Assembly: GCA_964106645.2 (NCBI GenBank)
Contig: OZ067043.1
Origin: Podarcis pityusensis
Taxonomy: Eukaryota
Direction: 5' to 3' (one strand)
Length of the DNA: 64,000 bases
The notes beneath the pieces were generated by a model, which was given only the letters and a program-made list of their open reading frames with translations, had not been told where the DNA came from and did not search any database. The translations under genes and the position numbers were made by a program. Positions 15,312 through 28,000 of this stretch are shown here, piece after piece (the first letter of the stretch is position 1; every line of letters begins with the position of its first letter).

Positions 15312-15622
15312 TGTTAGCGCAACCTGGTATTAGCATGATTTGATGAAAAGGACAGTAGCCGTGTCCAGTTGTACAAGAGAGATCATTAGGTGGAACTTCT
15401 CTTACTTGTGCAGTAAAAACCTGCAAAAACTTCTTCTTTGCCCAACTATTAAAGCCACAGGAGCCTTGTTTTCTTTAGCATCCGGTCGTACAATGTGCAA
15501 TTGGTGCTGAATTGGGGGCCGGACAGATCTAGTGCTATGAATAGAATCCAATATTTTTTAATTGTCTGGAAAGGCCTTTACTCAAAATTCACCAGATGTC
15601 TGGAGTGATGTCCAGCTCTCAC

Positions 15623-15711
15623 CTCATCTTTTATGTCTTCCTGCTGCTGAGCACCGAAGATCTCCATTGCAGCCATCAGCCTCATCATTAGCTCATCCAC
15701 TGTTGTGTTAC
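15623..15711 (-). CDS. FAF1: FAF1 coding exon (~exon 15, 89 nt)
   Basis: tgctAG|GTAACA...GATGAG|GTgaga; encodes (G)NTTVDELMMRLMAAMEIFGAQQQEDIKDE; phase 1/0; visible inside ORF 15578..15775. Confidence 0.97.
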
Positions 15712-17389
15712 CTAGCAACAAAGAAAGATAGCTGAACTTCATATTATTAAAGTTATTAAAAAACCAGAAAGTCATTCTAGAATTAATCCAAAAGGAATAC
15801 CTAGCAGGGGTTTTTATAAGTCATAATAAGAATATGAGATGAGATTCTTAGAATATTTTCTGTTTATTGGTGGGCTGCCCCCCACAAGTTTCTAATTTTT
15901 CCAATAAAATGTAAGCACAAGCATAGACGAAAGTATTTATTCTGAACTGATTGATGATGCTTTCTGTTATATTTTCCTGTAGGTGAAAATAGGATCACTA
16001 AACAGGAAGAGAGGGTTTTTTTTATTTCTTTCAGGTAGCTGAAAGAAGCATGTTTTAAAAAATATTGTCAAACTGATATGTAAAATTTGGGGTAGCTTCA
16101 AAGAAGAATTTGAGGGCATTAGCACAAAACGCTTTCCACAGAGTAGTTTCAATTGTATCCAAATTCTTCCAGACTTTTATACTGCATCTCAAATAGCAGT
16201 ATATATATATCCTGTTGTCCCTTGAAATCCTACCCTTCCTTTTACATTAGTCCAAATATTGTTAAAATCCATTCTATGGACCTGTCAGGTTTTCATTCCT
16301 GGGTGGCAACAGCAATTCTCTATTCTCCAATACAAGGTGGGCTGACGTGCAAGAAGATGGTAGCTTCACTTCTTTCCATTATTTTCCAAGTGAGATTTTG
16401 CTTGCTCTCCACAGCAATACTGGCTGCATTTGGCATTGTGAAATTTTGAATTTCAAATGTCGACCTTTCAGAAATCAGGATGTCTTGGACAACATACACA
16501 CTAAATTTAAACTTGGAAAAGCAATGCCAAGAGTACAGAGAGGAACTTTTTATATGATAAAACATCAAACTGCCACAGCTTTGATTAGATTTGGACCCTT
16601 GTTTTGTTTTCAAATGCAGGCAGGCAGACTCCTTCAGTTATGGAAATCTCAACTTGAAATCAACAATATTTCAATATTTTAAGAGTTCCAAATTAAGAAT
16701 GTTGCAAGATACCTGAATTCAATGACTCAAAACATAAAGGACTCTGGCCTGGTTATAACATCTCTTCATCCCATTTAATTTTCACAATAATGCTATAGGG
16801 CAGGCTAAAATGGGACATGATAGCTTGCCCAAAGTCTTTAAGACTGAGACCCTATATGTAGACTTACCTGGACAGAAATCCCATTGAAGACAAGGGAGCT
16901 TATATCTGAATGGATATGCACAAGAATGCTCTAATCCTAAGAACACTTACCGGAGAGTACTTTTGTAGTAAAATCCTATGCATGTTTACTTAAATCAGCC
17001 TCAATGCTGGAAATCTGAAAGGAGATCTATTCTAACAACGAACTTGAATTCCTGTTTCTAAAGCTCTAGCTACAGAAAACTTATCATTCACAGTCTGTCA
17101 GTTGTTTTCATTTTTTTGTATACTTGCTGGTAAGCATGAAAAATAAAAGCCATTTGTCACTATTTACACTATACTCCTCTTCATTATTAGAGATGCAAAG
17201 AGTAAGAAAATCAGTTTTGGCCGTAGTAAATGCAAATGAGTATAGTATAAATGCACTGCATTTAACATTTCACTAAGAGATACTTTCTGAACTAAAGAAG
17301 ATAAACTATATTCTAGAGAGGACCGGCGGCAAATTAACTTGGAAGTTTCAAGAAGGAACATATGCCCAATAGAACCAAAAAAACGGTAC

Positions 17390-17526
17390 CTTGTATTACA
17401 TTCAGCACCTCATTCGATGATCGTTTCCCCATAATAATAAGGAAAAGTGGAAACTGATCTGTTTTCTGAGTTCGAATAGTTTGAGCTACAACGCTACCAA
17501 AGTGTCTCGTGCACATTGTTAGAAAC
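17390..17526 (-). CDS. FAF1: FAF1 coding exon (~exon 14, 137 nt; UAS domain)
   Basis: ttccAG|GTTTCT...TACAAG|GTaccg; encodes (R)FLTMCTRHFGSVVAQTIRTQKTDQFPLFLIIMGKRSSNEVLNVIQ(G); phase 2/1; visible inside ORF 17334..17543. Confidence 0.97.
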
Positions 17527-19826
17527 CTGGAAAACAGAAACATTTAAAGGGGGATGGAAATTTTGTAAAGCAACGTTCACTTTATTAAAGAAAAGGAAGG
17601 TTATTAAATTTGGACTAAATTAGCGAGTTTCAAAAGTCCTGCTTGTTCACTTTGTAACCATATCATTGTCAATATTGCCATTTATCCTGTCAATATTCCC
17701 ATTTATCAATATTTATCAAAGTCAACATTCCCATTTATCATATTCAGAGCTATCAAATTCCATCCTGCAGCAAGTTGGTTCTCATACTGCAGAAAATGAA
17801 CACCACATTTTAAAATAATGAATGCACCAATGCAAACTATTTTTTCCCTGAACAGAAGAGAATGGAATTAGTCACAATCCCAAGAAAGACCAAGGCCAGC
17901 CCAAGACATTTCGAGGTTTAAATAGCATGTTCTACTCTGCAATGTGATGTAGAACCAGATGCTCTGTAGTACAACAAACTCAAAGGTTGTAGTATATTTT
18001 AACAGGCCTCCTGATGATGAAATCTATAGTTTATTTTTATGTTATCACAAATATATAAAACAATTGGGGCCTCTCAAATATGCAAAGAGGAATGAGAAAT
18101 TTGGTTATCCTGTTACAGCAATCCCAAGGCCAGATAAAACAAACTTTTTAGCAGGGGCAGTGTGCCTTGGCATTCACAATTAAAGTGGTTAACAGGTTAA
18201 TAAATATGGGGTCTATCTGCTCCAAAGGCATTGCTAAAATAAAAAACAAGTAAGAGTAAAATGGGGGAGGTGAAAGAGTGCTAAATGATATGAATAAATT
18301 CTACTCCAATAATATATCTCCATATGCTTTAACATCTGGGGAAACAAGTCTACAATACGTTCTCCTTTCATTCACTGCCAAGGCAAGCACGGGCTTCTGT
18401 CACACATTCATGTCTGGTGGAATTCTCAACTTTCAGACCATTAACACTAATCATATGGCTGTTAACAGCACTTAGAACATTTAGAGCAAGCACTTAGACT
18501 GCATACACATCACACCATTTTACTATTACCTACAATAATTGTCTTGAAAGGCTTCTGGAAGTGCTGCAATGGAAGGAGGAAGAAAAGTGATGATGTGTGG
18601 GGTCTAGGGAAGTTTTCCTTCCATTTTTGGGTCCCGCGCTCTGGTGTGAGACAAGTGACTTACGCCACAGGGTGGGACAAAAAAAACCTCCTGTCTTTTG
18701 GTCCCACGATCTGGCATGGCTAAGCCAAAGCGGGACATCTGGGATTGGGATCAGAAGCCTTTCATGGAGTTTAACAACATAATCAAACAAAAATTCAAAT
18801 ATCCCCAAATACATATTAAGACACTAAAAACACTGCATCAAACTGCAATCACCAACTTTATCAATACAGTAGCAACAACATATCTGTTGGACTCCAGATA
18901 ATATTTAACCTCAAAGACTCAGAGGAAAAAATGCATGTTCAATTGGCTTTGGAAAACTGACAATAAGAGGGACAAGTTAATCCCTACAGGGAGAGAGTTC
19001 CACACCTGGGGTGTGACGACAGAGAAGGCACCCTATGAGGGTAACCTCTGCTTCACTGCATCTCCTGAAGTATTTTTGAACAAATCTTTCAAGAGTCCAA
19101 CAGAATTTCAACACTGAATTTTGTTGAAATTTCTAAAAATGAATGAAACTGACTGAAGTACCACTTCCTGGGATTTCAGAAGTGCTAGAATCAGTTTCCT
19201 TAAGATAAGTCTCTTACTCAGGCAGAAAAAAAGAGTTCTACTTAGAATTCTGCATGCTGTTTCTAATTTTCAAACACAAAACATTTAATCATGTTTTGAG
19301 CACCAAGCGCCACCTGTTTACCAAGAGCAGGAAAGATAGAGAAAGCAGTTATGATTGCAGTCATATACTCACACTTACTTGGAAGTAAGCCCCATTGAAC
19401 TCAGTGGTTTTCACTTCTCGGCCAATGTAAATATGATTGAGTCATATACAAGGTAACTGGTATCTCAGTTACAACTGCTACATATGCACCACACCAGAAT
19501 AAACTACAAGGCTCAAAGTAATGTAATGATGCCTTTTCGTTGAATCTTTAGATGCTGAATATGTCATCAAGACACAACATACAATACCATCCTGAAAGCT
19601 TCGGTGTGCTGTTATTGTTGTATGAAGTTGTGTGGATAACTATGAACACACCAAAACATTAGGGCTCAAAACAACATAGAATGGCACCAGAAATCTATCA
19701 TTTGTGACATCTCACTTCACAGAAGCACCACTTCTGAAATTACCATGGCTCTGTCACACTGTATTGAATGGATAATTGAACTCATCCCAAAAGAACTCTA
19801 GCAAACCTAACTTTTGCTGTACTTCA

Positions 19827-19862
19827 CATGACTATACACATGACTATACACATGACTATACA
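19827..19862. repeat. Three tandem copies of the 12-mer catgactataca
   Basis: Read directly from the sequence. Confidence 0.85.
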
Positions 19863-20223
19863 AATCTGCAAGTATTGTGTATTGTACCCTTTACTAAGTA
19901 TCAGCAACTAAACTTAAGAGCTTCAGAGTAAAATACAAATCTAGAAAAAATAAATAACAACAGAATAAAAGTTGGGGACTTATTTAATTATGAAATACAT
20001 ATACTGCTTTAAACCTAGAGATAATATTTTAATATAAAATTTGTAAGTTCAATTAGTAGCAATAAAAATCAATGACTTTTACTCAAGAGTTATGCTTCTG
20101 GATATAGTACTAGCCTTCTTCACTTTCATACTTACTAGTGCAGTCTTAAAACAATAATTCTAAGCTTTTGGCCAAAAAAATGCCTTCATCCATTAGCATA
20201 CTGAAGTCTGGCATTAGTATTCT

Positions 20224-20507
20224 NNNNNNNNNNNNNNNNNNNNNNNNNNNNNNNNNNNNNNNNNNNNNNNNNNNNNNNNNNNNNNNNNNNNNNNNNNNNN
20301 NNNNNNNNNNNNNNNNNNNNNNNNNNNNNNNNNNNNNNNNNNNNNNNNNNNNNNNNNNNNNNNNNNNNNNNNNNNNNNNNNNNNNNNNNNNNNNNNNNNN
20401 NNNNNNNNNNNNNNNNNNNNNNNNNNNNNNNNNNNNNNNNNNNNNNNNNNNNNNNNNNNNNNNNNNNNNNNNNNNNNNNNNNNNNNNNNNNNNNNNNNNN
20501 NNNNNNN
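20224..20507. other. N-block, 284 nt
   Basis: Run of n in the sequence. Confidence 0.99.
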
Positions 20508-20878
20508 GTACAGGCTTATTAATTCTTAATTATGTTCATGAAAGGCAACTTAAATCATGTGTTTTCTTATGCCTTATGATAATATTTTAGGTAACAACTG
20601 ATCTTGAAATGTATGCACTATCTGATGAGCAAAGTCCTGTTGTCTCATGCATTAGAAGGTAAATCTATTTGAAAAGACAAGCGGCATTAAAATGTCACAG
20701 GCTGAGAAGCATTTGATATCAAAATCCAAAACAGAATCACGACACTTCGTTTTCCTATCAGCGGGAAAAATCTCAACATCTACACTTCAGAAACCTAGAA
20801 TGACAAATAATGGAAGTCAAAACTAGGCTTGCTGTTGAGAGCTGCTAAAAGTCTGAAAACAAATTAGACCCAACTTTG

Positions 20879-22454
20879 TTTTTTTTTTTTGTTTTTTTAA
20901 AGCAATTTATTGGGTTTTACATTAAAAATAAACATAATAAACAATATAACATTTATCTTAACATATTTTCACATTTTCTTTGGACTTCCTCACATCTCCC
21001 GCTCCCACTTTCATCGTTGTAACATTTTGTCAGCAATTTATCATCTTATTTAAATTCTTATATCCCTTCTATATTTCATAATCTTATAATTCTCGGAAGG
21101 AGCTAAGTTTTCACAGTCTTACTTATTTTCTTAAAAACTTCTAAATTTAGTGGTGCTCAGTTATTTTAATCTAGCATCTTATTTAGCATTCACTCAAATT
21201 ACAATACTTTTGTAAATAGTTCTTAAATTTCTTCCAGTCCTCCTCAATCCTCTCTTCTCCCAGGTCACGGATTCTGCCGGTCATTTCAGCCAGTTCCATG
21301 TAGTCTATCAGTTGTATCTGCCATTCTTCCAGTGTGGGTAAATCTTGAGTTTTCCAATGTTTGGCGAGAAGTATCCTTGCTGCTGTTGTTGCATACATAA
21401 AAAATGTCTGGTCCTTCTTTGCCACCCCTTGGCCGACAATACCCAAAAGGAAAGCCTCTGGTTTCTTAGTGAAGGTATATTTAAATACCTTTTTCAATTC
21501 ATTATAAATCATTTCCCAGAACGCCTTCACTTTAGGGCAAGTCCACCAGAGGTGGAAGAACGTTCCCTCACACTCTCTACATTTCCAACACTTATTATCA
21601 GACAGGTGGTAAATTTTGGCAAGTTTGACTGGGGTCATATACCATCTATAAATCATTTTCATTACATTTTCTTTCAGAGCGTTACATGCAGTAAATTTCA
21701 ATCCATTACTCCACAACCTCTCCCAGTCCTCAAACATGATATTATGCCCAATGTCCTGTACCCACCTTATCATAGCCGATTTAACCATTTCATCTTGTGT
21801 ATTCCATTTCAACAGCAAGTTATACATCCTTGAGAGTACCTTAATCTTTGGTTCTAGCAATTCTGTTTCCAATTTCGACTTCTCCACCTGGAACCCTAGT
21901 TTCTTATCATTTTTAAAAACTTCTTTAATCTGAGCGTAATGTAACCAATCTCGCACTTTGTCTTTCATTTTCTCCAAACTCTGCAATTTCCAATTGTCTC
22001 CATCCTTTTCTAGTATTTCCCAATATTTTGGCCATTTAGCCTCCATATTGGGTCTTTTTCGGGCCTTGGCTTCCAAAGGTGAAAGCCACCTTGGTGTTTT
22101 ATTTTCCAGCAAGTCTTTATATTTTGTCCAGACATTAAACAATGATTTTCTGACAATATGGTTCTTAAAGGCCTTATTTGCTTTAACCTTGTCATACCAT
22201 AAATATGCATGCCATCCAAAGGCATTGTTAAACCCTTCCAAATCTAACACATCAGTGTCTTCAAGAAGTAGCCAGTCTTTTAGCCAGCAAAACGCTGCGG
22301 CTTCATAATACAACTTTAAGTCTGGCAGGGCGAAGCCCCCTCTTTGTTTTGCATCGGTTAATATCTTAAACTTAATTCTGGGCTTTTTGCCCTGCCAGAC
22401 AAACTTAGAAATGTCTCTCTGCCACTTCTGAAAGCACTCCGTTTTGTCCAAAAT
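20879..22454 (-). mobile_element. Young 5'-truncated L1-clade LINE (3' part of ORF2, 3'UTR, poly(A)) with 18-bp TSD
   Basis: Identical flanking direct repeat aaattagacccaactttg at 20861-20878 and 22455-22472; T-run at 20879-20898 is the poly(A) on the minus strand; AATAAA (tttatt) near 20906-20911; open ORF2 fragment 21183..22451. Confidence 0.95.
21183..22451 (-). pseudogene. L1 ORF2 C-terminal fragment, 422 open codons (post-RT region and CCHC zinc knuckle); no endonuclease or RT core, no true ATG
   Basis: Motifs FVWQGKKPRI, GGFALPDLKLYYEAA and CWKCRECEGTFFHLWWTC are typical of vertebrate L1 ORF2 C-termini; the ORF begins at the truncation junction. Confidence 0.9.
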
Positions 22455-22850
22455 AAATTAGACCCAACTTTGAATCTCCACTGGCCTCGTTTCAGTAGAA
22501 TATATAAACTTAAGATGGAAGCCATGGAACACATTTGTTTATTAAGGGTAAAATTAAAAAAAAATTCAGACTAATGGAAGTGCGTGCAGAAGCATCATTT
22601 GAATGCATCATCAGGCTGCTACCACTGAATGGAAACTAGAGGGTTGTGATGCCAGAGACTCTCTGATGTTACTAGTGGGTGGTGTTTGGCAGCTGCAGAG
22701 ACTTTCAGGGTAGTTTGCACTGTGCAAGCTCTATCCTCCTGGAAGAGGACAGTCAGATGGAAGATGTCCTTGGGCTGCGCTTTAAGCAAAGTTACTCAAG
22801 ACGACCAGCTGCTCCAAACTTGAGGATACAGAGAGGACAAATGGCCAAAA

Positions 22851-22881
22851 AAACAAACAAACAAACAAACAAACAAACAAA
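22851..22881. repeat. (AAAC)n microsatellite
   Basis: Read directly from the sequence. Confidence 0.9.
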
Positions 22882-23223
22882 CTGTGCTGGATATAACTTT
22901 GCTCTAATTGTGCCATTCAATTGACAGCGTTCTGGCCCAGTCTGCGCACCATGGTAACCAAAGCTCCTGCTTTGCTTCTCCGCTATAGCAAGCAGGAGCA
23001 ACAAACCACAATTGCTGGCTTACTGTTAGATCTGAACTAGAGACTGTAGTTGATTTCGATTCAACATGAAGCCAAGATTTGTTCTCGGCTTACCAATTGT
23101 GGTGGTAATGAACGACAATCCCAATTTGGAGTTCCTTGTTGCAGGTAGTACTTCTGGCTTCTGCTTGGCTGGTGTTGACCTGTGACAAGGCTTTTTTGGT
23201 AGTGGCTCCCCATTTTTAGAATA

Positions 23224-23465
23224 CAGTGGTACCTCGGGTTACATACGTTTCAGGTTACATATGCTTCAGGTTACAGACTCTGCTAACCCAGAAATATTAC
23301 CTCAGGTTAAGAACTTTGCTTCAGGATGAGAACAGAAATCGTGCTCCGGTGGCACGGCAGCAGCAGGAGGCCCCATTAGCTAAAGTGGTGCTTCAGGTTA
23401 AGAACAGTTTCAGGTTAAGAACAGACCTCCGGAATGAATTAAGAATTTAACCCGAGGTACCACTG
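23224..23465 (+). mobile_element. Tc1/mariner-pogo (Tigger-like) MITE, copy 1
   Basis: TIR cagtggtacctcgggtta / taacccgaggtaccactg with TA on both sides; internal tcaggtta subrepeats; inserted into an L2 3' end. Confidence 0.9.
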
Positions 23466-24703
23466 TAGCTTCCTTGGTGAGGTGCGGTTATCTCCATTTT
23501 GACTTTCAGGCAAAATTTAAAGACATTCCTGTTTACCCAAGCATGCGATGGCTATGAACTACTGGCCATGGCAACCTTGAAATTAGTAACTGTGAAGCTA
23601 TGTGATTGTTTTTAAAAGTTTTAAGTGATTTTAAAATGTTTTAAATATGTTTATCTTAAGTTGTTTTTGTTTTAATGTAACATTTGCTGCTCTGGGATCC
23701 TTTGGGAGAAAAAGTAGCATACAAATAAGTAAAATACACTAAGCCACGGATTGTGGTTTGCTGTTCCCACTAGCAGAGGAGTGAAGCAGGTGCAATCTCC
23801 ACATTGGCTGTAAACAATCAACTATGGTTTACCATGATATAGAAACTGGACCAGTGATTTATTACCACAACCAAATTTAAATTCTAAAGAAATTAATCTT
23901 AAGCATCAATCTGGTAAAACCAATTTGATGAGCCATGACCTGAAGGTCAGTTCTAGAATTATTTAAGGTCAATCAAATCAGCCCCTTGAAGATAAGAGAC
24001 AATATATGCTGACCTATCTGCTGGGTTTTTTTTTTTTTTAAGATAAAGCTTAAAAGTATCTTTCCTCATAGAAGAGATGCTTTAGTGTCTTTCCAAAGCA
24101 AAAAGAATACTTGTTGAATATTAAACACGTAAGACATGTAATTATTTAACATTATTAATTTTATACTCTGCAAAGTCAACACAAGTCTCATTAAAATGTT
24201 AATTTAAGAATAACATTTTATGTATTAATATTTAAATTTTAAATGTAAAACTGAAGGATGTGATATGTAATATTTAAACAGGGTATCTATGCATGATTGT
24301 CTTAGTACAGTCTGCATGTGAACCACTTAACCCCAACTTTCTTTAAAGACAATTGCTATTTTTTACTGGGCTCACACCATTTCTTGCTACATCTTTCTGC
24401 AGGCAATGACACTTTTATTGCAATCAGTCCAGTCAACACTAAACTAATTGTTTCTGTTTAGGAAGTTTATTTGAAAATATTAAGATTGTTTGAGGCTATG
24501 TGCCTCTTCATCTGTAACTCTCAGAGTAGATACAGTTGAGCTTGATGGATTAGCCATTAAAATAATACAAAGCTAAAGAAACATAAAGGCCCCATCCTGC
24601 TGTAAGCCACTATGACTAATTTACATATTACTTACTGTCCATGATTGCCACTGAAAACTTTTCCACTTGTGTATCCATATGGTGTGTGTTATCCTTAAAA
24701 AGG

Positions 24704-25098
24704 TGTCGTGGGCCAGGAATCAGGTTCACCTGCTGAACAGCATCCTGAAAGGGGAGGAGGTGGAGTGACTCCACCTGCAGTTGATCAGCCTTCAAGGACT
24801 CAGAGGGGAAGGCACTGGTGAGAACCAACTGGCTTCAGCCTTCTTAAGCAGTTTCCAGCAGGAATCAATTGCTGGTAACAATGCTAGTAGTTCTTGGCCC
24901 TACCTTGCTGCTCCCTGCTCATCTTGACCCTGGACCCAATGATCACTGGATTCCCTGACCCCTAGACTGTCTGGTCATGTGGATTGCTGTTTGCCTGACC
25001 CTAGGACTGGACCTGACTTTGAATGCTAACTCTGCCTCCAGGCATGTACACCTCAGAGACTCTCCCACTCCACTGAGCTCAGCAACCAGACTATGACA
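24704..25098 (+). mobile_element. Solo LTR (probably Gypsy/Ty3 type), 395 bp
   Basis: TGTCG...TGACA termini; perfect 5-bp TSD aaagg at 24699-24703 and 25099-25103; gaccct/ggac subrepeats; orientation inferred. Confidence 0.8.
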
Positions 25099-28000
25099 AA
25101 AGGTCTCTACCATTTTTTTATCAGTCTACAAGTGTGGAGTATTTTAACACTAGCATCACAAAACTATGAAGCAGTTAGAATGCAAAACTGTCCATTTAAA
25201 TGTTCCTCCTCACATCATTAATAGCAGGGAAGGGTTTTGAAGTGGCAACAACAGATGGAAATTGGTCCTGAGAAGTACAACGAAGAGTGTGGTAGTTCTG
25301 TTCTCTGTAATGTGCCATTTTGCAAATCTACACAAATAGAACAGTAACCATGGGTGAGTTATTCATAATTCATTTGGGGAAAAAGAAGACTGGCAAAGGT
25401 CATTATTGAGTGATAAAATCGCCCCAACCTTGCCCATGCCCAAGGAGTTACTGTGATGGAGGCTCTGGCCTGCTGACTAGAACAGTCTATTCCTCCCAGC
25501 TATCTGGCTTCTATTAGCTTTGTTACAAGTTGAGAGAGAAAGGAAAGAGGGAAGCATAAAAAAAGAACAGCTCTATAGGTTTGGAACATTTTAAACTCAG
25601 GAGTTAATCATGACAGCAAATTTATTAGCATACAGTTATGTTCCACTTATGTGTGGGGACAGCAAAAGAGGTTGGAGAAAATATTTTGGGGAGTGGAAGC
25701 AGTTACCTCATATAAGCCCAGGAGAAATACCAGATTATATAACCTCTTGAAGATCAGTGGCTCTGTGAGGGATTTTAAATTCAGGTAGCACTTCAGGCAT
25801 GAGGGGGGCATGACACTGTACAGTATGATCCAAGAAAGGGTATTCTTATGATCCCTCTGCAAATACAGTGCTAGTTACTGCAATGCCCGATTGTCAAAGA
25901 CTCCATACTTTAAAAAACTAGGTGTAATAATCTTGTTGCTTACTGAGTCCTCCTGATAAGAAAAAGGCCAAGCACCCACATAGATTCTGTTAAATGTCTT
26001 TGTGATTTTGATAACAGAATCGTTGAGATATTACTGATGCAGCTGTAGGCTTTTGTACGTGTAAATGGAATTGTGCCCAAATGCCTTCACTCTTTTTTCC
26101 TCAGAGGCCGGCATCAGCCAACCACTCTTCTGCATCACAGCTCTTTTACAAATAGCACCACAGGATCCTATTCTTTTGCACCTTCTGCTCTACAAGTCTG
26201 AGCGATGAAAGGACTTGACACTGAAGATGTTTAGGCCACATCGTTATCAAAAAAGTCATGATGCACAGTTCTACAACAAGATTTTCCCTCTTTATAATGC
26301 CATGACAGTCCTAAGGTTTCTCAACACAGGGGAGCACTGATCAACTAAGGCTGCAATCTTACACGCTTCCCTTAAAGTAAGTTTTATTGAATTTGTGGGA
26401 CTTAGTAGGTATGCAAAGGATTATACTGTTAATGATGTATTTAGTATGGGCTAATCAAGGTGCAGATGAAATGCCAGAAGGTTACAGCTGTAACGTATTT
26501 TTTATGAAGCAAATACAACTTTATATATTTCCAGAACCTGGTCTCTATCTTGATCTGAAAAGACATTGGTATTAATTTGGTAACCTCATGCAGGGATGGA
26601 GTCTACATGCTACACTACATAAAAGGCTTCTTTTGAGTTAAAAACAACATATACTTGGATCTTAAGAGAATGTATTGCGTTAATTTCAATCCCATAACTA
26701 AGGGCCTTCTGTACAATCCAACTATACTCATCTTCATTGGAGCCTTTGCACCATAGCCTAGTAAGTTTCTTCCAAAGGCAAGGATGCAATATCCTGCTTC
26801 TCTGTAACAGACTGGGAGTGGTGCACATAAATCTAATGGTTATTCATGCATGTATGTTTTCTCCATGTTAACAAAGAGATCAACAAGTTGTTGTTGCTGT
26901 TAAAATTAATGGCCACAAATTGACAAAACAGTTTACTGAACGGCAGAGGGGAGCTAATAAAGAGTTCCTTTACTCAAATTGTACAGCAGAGGAATGCATG
27001 GTCACCAATACATCGGCATAAGAATTAAAACAGTTCTGTCAGTCATCACTAACTGCATCAGAAAACCACCCAGGGCATACCTCTAGCATCCAAACAACAA
27101 CATACTAGACAGACAGCAACGCCACTGGTAATCCACAACAATTTCTTACAAACTTGCTACCTGTTGAAAGAATTGCATTTTTCCAGATATGACATACTGC
27201 AAATTTGAGTGCAAGGAAACAGTGATTTCTCCACAACAGGATATAATTATGAAGAAAAATATATGGACTGTGAACAAAAATGAGAAATCAATACATATTT
27301 ACTGTACAATAAGAATTTATTTGTGATGGAAAGCTTTTAATCAGTTTTCAAGACTCTAGTTTTAGGACTTTTCCATTCTAGATTTTGATTTTTCATTTAT
27401 CTAAATACTGACCCTAAACTGATCTATTTTAGAGCAGGCATTCCTTGCTGCATTGCATGATGCTCTCCTATACATACAGAATCAACACAAGGAGCAGAAT
27501 ACCAGCAGGCATTCATTGGTGAATGGTTTAGAAGCACTGCAACATACACCAAGGCTGGAGCAGCTTCAACAGTTCACAGTGAGGAGTTGTAAGCCAATGC
27601 TACCTCTTTCCTGATGACCCCTGCAATTGAGGGGCTATCGAGTAGGAACCCAGGACTGAGGCCACTGCTCAACTAGAGTAAGATGTAGCACCACAACAGT
27701 TTCTGGAATGTACTCTTGCTTAATTCATTGACTAAAGATTCTGCACATACAATCATTTCAAGAGCAGAACAGCCTATCCTTCAGCGGTACAAGAATTCTG
27801 CGTATTAATTTGATGAAATGAGCTTAGGGAGTATGACTGGCATGCAATGTTATTTGGAGTAATTTAAACAAAAAACCAAGCCAGATCAAAGGAGGAAAGT
27901 TGTGCACCTTTAGCATTCATAAACCACAACTTTCCTTTTCTAGATGTGGAGGCCTTAATGTCCTTTTGATACATATTTCAAAACACCTAACAGGATATCA

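Noticed and set aside
18586-18592. GTGATGA box C-like motif suggesting a snoRNA
   Set aside because: It is on the strand opposite the host transcript and has no convincing box D or terminal stem.
21183-22451. 422-aa ORF as a nested or domesticated host gene
   Set aside because: It is bounded by a TSD and poly(A), starts at the truncation point without an ATG, and lacks the EN/RT core, so it is a recent dead-on-arrival L1 copy.
22645-23187. Possible old LTR (tgtgat...tgtgaca)
   Set aside because: No convincing TSD, and it is interrupted by other repeats; too decayed to call.
23224-23465. Regularly spaced tcaggtta repeats resembling a CRISPR-like array
   Set aside because: They are internal subrepeats of a TA-flanked MITE in a eukaryotic intron, with no spacer structure or cas genes.
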